A DNA stretch of 31,622 nucleotides from Bdellovibrionia bacterium (GTDB lineage Bacteria; Bdellovibrionota; UBA1018). The stretch lies in the NCBI GenBank assembly GCA_045805065.1, contig JBJMMA010000212.1, positions 1 through 31,622 of the forward strand. The letters run 5' to 3'. Below the pieces are notes generated by a model. It was not told where the DNA came from. It made no database searches and was given only the letters and a program-made list of their open reading frames with translations. This document shows positions 25,710 through 31,622 of this stretch, in pieces. Both the position numbers and the translations under genes were made by a program. Each line of letters opens with the position of its first letter. The first letter of the stretch is position 1.

Positions 25710-27440
25710 ATGGCAGTCCACAATGCGCAAATTGCCGCGCTATTTAATGAGCTGGCCGACCTGTTAGAAATTGAAGGAGCCAATCCGTTTCGGATTCGAG
25801 CCTATAGAAATGCCTCACGGGTGATTGGAAACTGGCCAAGAAATCTGGCCGAAGCCTCACAAGAGGAGGGGCAAGTCCCTAAGCTTCCCGGCGTCGGACC
25901 GGATCTCAGCCAGAAGGTCGCGGAGATCTCAACGACAGGAAACCTGAAAGCGCTGAGTGAGATTCGGCGGAGAATCCCGCGCGAGCTTCTTCAGTTGATC
26001 AAAATTCCAGGAGTTGGTCCCAAGCGCGCGAAACTGCTTTTTGAAGTGCGCGGAATCCGAAGCACGCGTGACCTTGAAAAAGCCGCCAAGCAAGGCAAGA
26101 TCAGAAGCCTTCCAGGCTTTGGCGAAAAGGTGGAGCAGAACATCTTGCAAGGACTCAGGGCTCGAGCATCGGGAATGGAGAAGCTTCAAGCCAGGATCAA
26201 GTATGCCGAGGCGGAGCAGATCGTCGCACCCTTTATGAAGTACTTGCGCCAGGCAAAAGAGCTCGATCAGGCTGAAGTAGCCGGAAGCTACCGTAGAAAA
26301 CAGGAAACCGTAGGTGATCTTGATATCGTGAGCACTTGTGAGAAACCCGAGAGCCTGATCCAACATTTCACCCAGTATGGCGAGGTGGCGCGCATCTTAA
26401 GCCAAGGGACCACGCGCTCGACTGTGCTTTTCAGATCAGGAGTGCAGGTGGATCTTCGCGTCGTGGAAAAGGAAAGTTATGGTGCGGCTCTTCACTATTT
26501 TACCGGCTCCAAGGCACATAACATCACGGTGAGAAAGATGGCCCTGAAAAAGGGGCTTAAGGTCAATGAATACGGCGTATTTCGTGGAGAAAAGCGCATT
26601 GCGGGGAGGACCGAAGCCGAAGTCTACTCGAAAGTGGGGCTTCCCTACATTGAGCCTGAGCTTCGCGAAAATCGAGGTGAAATCGAGGCAGCTCTGGAGA
26701 AGCGCCTTCCCAATCTGATCACGCTCGATCAGATTCGCGGCGATCTTCACGCGCACACCAATGCAACGGATGGCAGGTCCGACCTTGAGACAATGGCAAT
26801 GGCTGCGAAAGAGCAGGGGTATGAATATCTTGCCATTACCGATCATACTCAGCGCTTGAAAATGGCGCATGGACAAGACCCAAAGCGCGTGCGCGCGCAG
26901 ATCAAAAAGATTGACCGGCTCAATGAGAGACTGAATGGAATCAGAATATTGAAGGCTGCTGAAGTCGATATCCTGGAAGATGGAAGCCTGGATCTTCCGG
27001 ACGATGTCTTGAAGGAGCTTGATCTGACGGTTTGCTCCGTTCATAGCAAATTCAATCTCTCACTGGATCGCCAGACCCAGCGCGTGATCCGAGCAATGGA
27101 TAATCCTTACTTCACGATCTTTGGGCATCCATCGGGACGATTGATCCAGCAGCGCGAGCCTTATGAGATTGATCTGGAAGCAGTCATGATGGCAGCCCGT
27201 GATCGCGGGTGTTTTCTTGAGATCAACGCGCAGCCGGATCGGATGGATCTGACGGATGTCTTTTGCCGGATGGCCAAAGAGATTGGCGTACGCGTGGCAA
27301 TTTCATCCGACTCTCACAGCGATAATGACATCAGAAACATGAGGTATGGGGTCGGACAAGCGCGCCGGGGCTGGATTGAAGGGGATGATGTCATCAATAC
27401 GCGCTCGCTCAAGCAGCTTTTAAAACTGATTGATCGCTGA
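25710..27440 (+). CDS. polX: DNA polymerase X / PHP 3'-5' exonuclease
   Basis: GANPFRIRAY, HhH GVGP/GFGEK, AGSYRR..ETVGDLD, VQVDLR, YFTGSK; PHP motifs DLHAHT, TDH, SVHS, GHP, SDSH all intact. Confidence 0.96.
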   Translation: MAVHNAQIAALFNELADLLEIEGANPFRIRAYRNASRVIGNWPRNLAEASQEEGQVPKLPGVGPDLSQKVAEISTTGNLKALSEIRRRIPRELLQLIKIPGVGPKRAKLLFEVRGIRSTRDLEKAAKQGKIRSLPGFGEKVEQNILQGLRARASGMEKLQARIKYAEAEQIVAPFMKYLRQAKELDQAEVAGSYRRKQETVGDLDIVSTCEKPESLIQHFTQYGEVARILSQGTTRSTVLFRSGVQVDLRVVEKESYGAALHYFTGSKAHNITVRKMALKKGLKVNEYGVFRGEKRIAGRTEAEVYSKVGLPYIEPELRENRGEIEAALEKRLPNLITLDQIRGDLHAHTNATDGRSDLETMAMAAKEQGYEYLAITDHTQRLKMAHGQDPKRVRAQIKKIDRLNERLNGIRILKAAEVDILEDGSLDLPDDVLKELDLTVCSVHSKFNLSLDRQTQRVIRAMDNPYFTIFGHPSGRLIQQREPYEIDLEAVMMAARDRGCFLEINAQPDRMDLTDVFCRMAKEIGVRVAISSDSHSDNDIRNMRYGVGQARRGWIEGDDVINTRSLKQLLKLIDR

Positions 27441-27460
27441 TTAGTCCCAATTAATCCCGC

Positions 27461-27940
27461 TTAATCTATGACCGTCGGCGGACGCTCTGAAGAGCGAATC
27501 AGAAAGTCTCCTGCTAGAAGCTGAGAGAATTCACCGACTGTCATTTCATGGGCGCCACGGTCGGCCGTGCAAACAAAGTCATCGATGGCGTGCGAGTTAA
27601 AGCGTACATAAGTGGAGAGCGAACTTCTTCGTGACGAGGAGAAGCCACCTCGTGACGTGCCTGCAACTGTGAGCGCTTGATCAGCAGGAAGCACGCGATC
27701 AAAAGGTACGGATTCCTTGACTCGAAGCCTGCAGATCGAGCCTGGTGCCGCTCTGTTTGCAAACGTGATCTGATCCGTGTTTGCTGGAATAATGATGGGT
27801 TGTTTTGCGACAAGCTTTGTTCCTGCGTTTAGATTATGTAGCAGCTGAGGCAGTGGGCTCTCGCCGAAAGCAGATACTGCCGATAAAGACGCCAAAGTTC
27901 CCAGCCAGCAAGCCAATCTCCAGTGCCTGATTTGTCGCAT
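27461..27940 (-). CDS. Secreted hypothetical protein
   Basis: Signal peptide (SAFG); two Cys in the mature part; extended -10-like TGTTATAAA 5 nt before the ATG. Confidence 0.7.
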   Translation of the reverse strand: MRQIRHWRLACWLGTLASLSAVSAFGESPLPQLLHNLNAGTKLVAKQPIIIPANTDQITFANRAAPGSICRLRVKESVPFDRVLPADQALTVAGTSRGGFSSSRRSSLSTYVRFNSHAIDDFVCTADRGAHEMTVGEFSQLLAGDFLIRSSERPPTVID

Positions 27941-28057
27941 GGCCTTTTATAACATGCGTGGCAGGGTTGACGATATGCGCGCCCTGTAAGCACACTGAGT
28001 CAGCGCGGGGCAGAAGGGCGAGCAGCAATACATCTTATCGAGCAGCAAGGCTGCTTC

Positions 28058-29509
28058 TTACTGATAAGAGCGAACGAAAGCGACAACGCCGTCATTCAAC
28101 GCGTTGGCGAGCTGCATCAGGCGATCGGAGTAAGGATAGCTCTTTCCGTCAATCATCATTGGATGAGTTGCATTGAAGAGAGCTTCAAATTCATTCGGGT
28201 CGTTGTAGAACAAGCATTCCACATACGCGGTGGCTTGCGAGGTCAACTGACGCTGTACGCGGAGATTCCGAACTTGCACGCCAGGCTCAAGCTCGATCGA
28301 GTTGCTTGGGTCCACCTTGTCGTAACCAATTCCCAGGCCATCATGGATGTGATGGGCGATCGAGCTTGCAAGCTTTACAGAATCGTTCCATGCGGTGACA
28401 TCAAGAAGATGGCGCCCAAAGTATTTTCGGTCAGTCCGGCTGGTGAACTCGTCCGAAAAGAAGGCTCCCGGCACATAAACCTTAGTGCCATCATGCGACC
28501 TCGGATTAACGCCTGTCGGATCCCCTGGGATGTTTCCGGCGTCGAGGTGAATGATCAGAGTGAGATCGGGTCTGAATTCGTTGATCAGATCGACGCGAGC
28601 GTCGAGATCGTAACCCAGGATGAAGTAATCCCAGCGCTGAGACTCTGAAAAGAGGCTTTTGACACGAGAGGATTCTTCGAACGCTTGAAAGAGCTTGGGC
28701 CCAGGCTTTCCAGTCGCAAGAAGCGATTTGAACCAATTGTCCTGCGCACACTCACGAAGGTTCATCAGCCCGCGTTCGCGAAGGTCAAAGCTGTCAAAAG
28801 GAACCGGAGTCACCGGAGCAAGGCTTCGGCGCGTGATTTTGACCTCAGCTCCCAGGTCAGTCAGCTGCTTTTCCAGAAGGAGCGAAATCTGAAGGGCAAG
28901 AATGCCTTCACTGAGCTTGCGTCCAGTTTTATCTTGGACATATTTACCGGTTCTCTCATCCCAAGGATCGCCACCCATATGTCCGGGATCGAGCGCGATC
29001 CTCAGGCCCGCAAGCGGGCGATTCTCGGAATTTTTGGCGGCACTCAAAAGATTGTCGCGGTAACGGGCGTTTCTGAGTTCCAGCGCATTTCGAGCGCCCA
29101 TTTTAACCTGATAATCCAATACTCGGTTGGATTCGCGATCTTGATAGATTTTGAATACGCCAGCGCTCAAGCTTCCGAATTTCCCAAACGCGTGATGCAA
29201 ATCCATGTACTGCAAAGCGGTTTGCACGCGCGATGGATTGGGAATTCCCTGAATATCATCAAAGAACTTCTGAGGGCTTGCTTCGTCTGGAACTCCCAGA
29301 TGGTCGAAAACGGCAATCGTTCTCAAATAAGCATCGAATGGATCGATGGCAGGTGTTGCGAGAATGCTCGTGGCTGAAAGCCTATCCATCATTCGTTGAG
29401 TCACCGATGAGGGAAGTTCTTCCGTCGTGGCATGAGCCGAAAGAGAACACGCAGCCAGAAAGGACGCGGTGAAGGCTGCAAAGGAGCTGAGGAATGGCTT
29501 AAGGCTCAC
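28058..29509 (-). CDS. N-acetylmuramoyl-L-alanine amidase (Amidase_3) with extra domains
   Basis: LAGLRIALDPGH, SEG, ITR, LDARVDLIN, IIHLDA, YVEC catalytic pattern; signal/lipoprotein peptide (LAAC or SAHA); GTG start overlaps the upstream stop. Confidence 0.85.
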   Translation of the reverse strand: MSLKPFLSSFAAFTASFLAACSLSAHATTEELPSSVTQRMMDRLSATSILATPAIDPFDAYLRTIAVFDHLGVPDEASPQKFFDDIQGIPNPSRVQTALQYMDLHHAFGKFGSLSAGVFKIYQDRESNRVLDYQVKMGARNALELRNARYRDNLLSAAKNSENRPLAGLRIALDPGHMGGDPWDERTGKYVQDKTGRKLSEGILALQISLLLEKQLTDLGAEVKITRRSLAPVTPVPFDSFDLRERGLMNLRECAQDNWFKSLLATGKPGPKLFQAFEESSRVKSLFSESQRWDYFILGYDLDARVDLINEFRPDLTLIIHLDAGNIPGDPTGVNPRSHDGTKVYVPGAFFSDEFTSRTDRKYFGRHLLDVTAWNDSVKLASSIAHHIHDGLGIGYDKVDPSNSIELEPGVQVRNLRVQRQLTSQATAYVECLFYNDPNEFEALFNATHPMMIDGKSYPYSDRLMQLANALNDGVVAFVRSYQ

Positions 29510-29628
29510 GGATTGGAGTTCCTCTGCTCATCTTCTTTGATCGCTTTACGGATGATCGGGACGAGGACGATGCCAAGTACAACCGTCAGTACGAGTCCTG
29601 CGATCAGAAACCAAAGCTCAAGAGGCAT
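29506..29628 (-). CDS. 40-aa single-TM microprotein
   Basis: MPLELWFLIAGLVLTVVLGIVLVPIIRKAIKEDEQRNSNP; GAGGAG SD 7 nt upstream; overlaps both neighbours. Confidence 0.65.
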   Translation of the reverse strand: MPLELWFLIAGLVLTVVLGIVLVPIIRKAIKEDEQRNSNP

Positions 29629-30007
29629 TGCCATGCTCCTCAGCTTCGGCCTTCTGCATGAGCTCGATCGTGCACCATCTGAAGGCATTCATGACGTTCT
29701 GGTTTTGAATCTCATGCTTTGAGTTCTTGCGAATCTCAGCAGCCTCTTTTCGCAGATCAGAAGCCTTGGCGCCCTGGTTCTTGCTGTCTTTAGCGGTGCA
29801 CTCGCAGATTGTCTTTCCAACTTCATCACTCGTAGGAGTCGTGGATTTGCGAAAGGACTCACGGCAGGCTGAGGTGAATTCTTCTTGCGCCTTCTTGTAA
29901 TCCGAGGACGAGGTTGAGCTCTTGGCGCTCCAGGCAGAGGAGGAGCTGAGCAGTGAACCCGAAACTAAACTCATCATTAAAATAATTAAAGTGGCGCTGA
30001 GCTTCAT
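29618..30007 (-). CDS. Small secreted helical protein with 4 Cys
   Basis: Signal peptide MKLSATLIIL...AWSA; C...CEC...C pattern; starts 10 nt after the MBL gene. Confidence 0.75.
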   Translation of the reverse strand: MKLSATLIILMMSLVSGSLLSSSSAWSAKSSTSSSDYKKAQEEFTSACRESFRKSTTPTSDEVGKTICECTAKDSKNQGAKASDLRKEAAEIRKNSKHEIQNQNVMNAFRWCTIELMQKAEAEEHGNAS

Positions 30008-30017
30008 CGTTTAGACC

Positions 30018-30743
30018 TTATCTGAAGTTCTCAAAGAGTGATTCCTTGAGAAGCTTGGGTGAAGGTCCTACGTATGCTGCAGCCTCAGGCACGAAAATCG
30101 CCCGAGGTTGCGTCAAAGACGCGTTGACCTCGAGCTGCGTCTTCCAAGAACTGATCCTGCCGCCCCGCATATCGTGACCTGGAAGCATGAGCATTTCAGG
30201 TTTTGCGTGAGCTTTGATCTTTTGAAGGCTATCAAAGTGCGCTTCGGCGTCTCCGCCTGGCAGATCATCGCGTCCAGTGTCGGCGTAAAAAACCGTATCG
30301 CCCGTAAAAATGAAAGGGCCCCAGAAAATCGTGAACCCATCTGGCGTGTGTCCTGGCGTGGTTACAAAACGCATCGGGCTCGCGTGAGTAAACCATGGTG
30401 TGTCAGAGAAAATACGAACCTGCGCACGGCGCGTTGGACTTTCAGAATGCATGATCCATGGCACGCCTAATTTCTCGGACCAGTAAGCTCCAGCGGTGAC
30501 ATGATCCGCATGCGTATGCGTGTCAATGACGGCAACGATTTTCAATTCCGGCAGAGAGCGGAGAAGTTCCTGCGTTGCTTCGATGTCCTCGCGGCAAGTG
30601 TCGACGAGAATCGTTTCGAGCGTTTTCTTATTCCAGACCAAATAGCAAAGGTTATCATCCTGAATGATCGCCTTGCCTGCCCAGTCGGATGGAATCGAGG
30701 TTCCATCCACGATGAGAGCTTGAAGATCTTTAATCTGGGTCAT
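30018..30743 (-). CDS. MBL-fold metallo-hydrolase (glyoxalase II / persulfide dioxygenase-like)
   Basis: DTHTHADH, TPGHT, FTGDT, GRDDLPGGD, PGHD. Start ATG 30743 with GGAG SD (30839 would collide with lgt). Confidence 0.88.
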   Translation of the reverse strand: MTQIKDLQALIVDGTSIPSDWAGKAIIQDDNLCYLVWNKKTLETILVDTCREDIEATQELLRSLPELKIVAVIDTHTHADHVTAGAYWSEKLGVPWIMHSESPTRRAQVRIFSDTPWFTHASPMRFVTTPGHTPDGFTIFWGPFIFTGDTVFYADTGRDDLPGGDAEAHFDSLQKIKAHAKPEMLMLPGHDMRGGRISSWKTQLEVNASLTQPRAIFVPEAAAYVGPSPKLLKESLFENFR

Positions 30744-30837
30744 GTGCGTCAATCTCCGTAGTGCCGCCTCAGTCTGCCCTTGCGGTTTAGAGAAATCAAT
30801 GTTTGCTTTAGGACCAATAGATCCCCTAAATAAATTC

Positions 30838-31622
30838 ATGATTCACTGGAATGCTTCGCCTGAAATCATCGCCTTAGGACCCCTTCAAATTCGCTGGTAC
30901 GGACTCCTTTTTGCCATGGGGTTTCTGGCCGGATACCGAATGATGTTCAAGATTTGCGAGCGGGAGAAAATCTCGACCGAGCATCTGGACTCCCTCCTCG
31001 TTTATATGATGGTTGGAACGGTTGTCGGGGCGCGCCTGGGACACTGTCTGATCTATGAGCCTGAGATTTACCTGAATGACCCGATCCGGATTTTTAAGGT
31101 TTGGGAAGGGGGGCTTGCAAGTCACGGCGGCGCCCTGGGTGTGATGCTTGGAACGTGGTTCTGGAAGCGACGCCACTTTCAGGGATCATTTCTTAATCTG
31201 GTCGACTATCTTTGCGTTCCTTCGGCCCTGGTCTCTGCCATGATTCGTCTGGGCAATTTCTTTAACTCGGAGATCATCGGAAAACCGACAGATGTGCCCT
31301 GGGCCGTCGTTTTTCAACGCGTGGACCATCTTCCTCGCCATCCATCGCAGCTTTACGAATCGATTTCCTATCTCATCACGTTTGGCGTGCTCTCGTGGAC
31401 CCTGTTCTCGGGGCGTTACCAACGTCGGCGCGGCTTGTTGCTTGGAATCTTTTTCACGATGATTTTCACTGCGCGCTTTTTCATCGAATTTTTGAAGGAG
31501 CCCCAAGTCGGGTATGAGAGCCAATTGCCGCTCGATCTTGGCCAGCTTCTCAGTATCCCGTTTGTACTTTGTGGACTTTTTTTGATCTATCGTGCGCTGC
31601 GGATGCCAGTGGCCGCGCCTGC
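30838..31622 (+). CDS. lgt: Prolipoprotein diacylglyceryl transferase (runs off window end)
   Basis: Not in the ORF track. MIHWNASPEI..IRWYG..GARLGHC..WEGGLASHGG..IRLGNFFNSEIIG..RHPSQLYE..RFFIEF..GQLLSIP. Confidence 0.96.
   Translation, partial: MIHWNASPEIIALGPLQIRWYGLLFAMGFLAGYRMMFKICEREKISTEHLDSLLVYMMVGTVVGARLGHCLIYEPEIYLNDPIRIFKVWEGGLASHGGALGVMLGTWFWKRRHFQGSFLNLVDYLCVPSALVSAMIRLGNFFNSEIIGKPTDVPWAVVFQRVDHLPRHPSQLYESISYLITFGVLSWTLFSGRYQRRRGLLLGIFFTMIFTARFFIEFLKEPQVGYESQLPLDLGQLLSIPFVLCGLFLIYRALRMPVAAP

Noticed and set aside
25710..27440. PolX as a degenerate or mobile-element polymerase
   Set aside because: Catalytic Asp residues and PHP ligands are intact; ordinary chromosomal PolX with no mobile neighbours.
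28019..28055. CGAGCAGCAA direct repeat and AGCAGC-AAG-GCTGCT hairpin after the amidase stop
   Set aside because: Short stem without a U-tract; too weak to call a terminator or repeat element.
28685..29377. 230-aa plus-strand ORF
   Set aside because: Antisense shadow of the amidase.
30744..30839. 32-aa N-terminal extension of the MBL ORF
   Set aside because: It would overlap the lgt start and leave no room for divergent promoters; an SD supports 30743.
30874..31524. Minus-strand ORFs of 100 and 112 aa
   Set aside because: Antisense to lgt, which the ORF track missed because its stop lies outside the window.
1..31622. tRNA/rRNA genes, CRISPR arrays, IS elements, prophage
   Set aside because: Intergenic gaps are all under about 125 nt, with no periodic repeats, cloverleaf or transposase/integrase motifs seen by eye.

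Overview
Gene-dense bacterial chromosomal segment (about 29 CDS). I found no tRNA/rRNA gene, CRISPR array, transposase or phage gene. Gene content and style (many secreted hypotheticals, RSPAS-type motifs, cyclase-HEAT protein, orphan kinases) suggest Bdellovibrionota/Oligoflexia, which is an inference. Contents in order: 3' end of copA, cueR, EamA transporter; ABM-like protein, hypothetical protein and Zn-dependent dehydrogenase; secreted PepC-like C1 protease; dienelactone hydrolase; FAD oxidoreductase plus GT-C-like membrane protein; YheU; M17 aminopeptidase plus RND pump; two convergent orphan histidine kinases; a membrane class III cyclase-HEAT protein translationally coupled to a 1027-aa secreted HExxH/Cys-repeat protein; a beta-barrel-like OMP; DUF983; YciH/SUI1; DUF4136 lipoprotein; PolX-PHP; an MBL hydrolase/secreted protein/microprotein/amidase operon; and lgt (truncated by the window edge). 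The most striking unexplained signals are: (i) 7 of 28 complete proteins end in Ala-Ala, an SsrA/ClpXP-like degron, including all three signalling proteins and none of the 8 signal-peptide proteins; (ii) six sigma54-like and three sigma28-like promoter motifs, several implying near-leaderless mRNAs, which together cover all seven Ala-Ala genes; (iii) the secreted metalloprotease-like/Cys-repeat gene coupled to an atypical cyclase.
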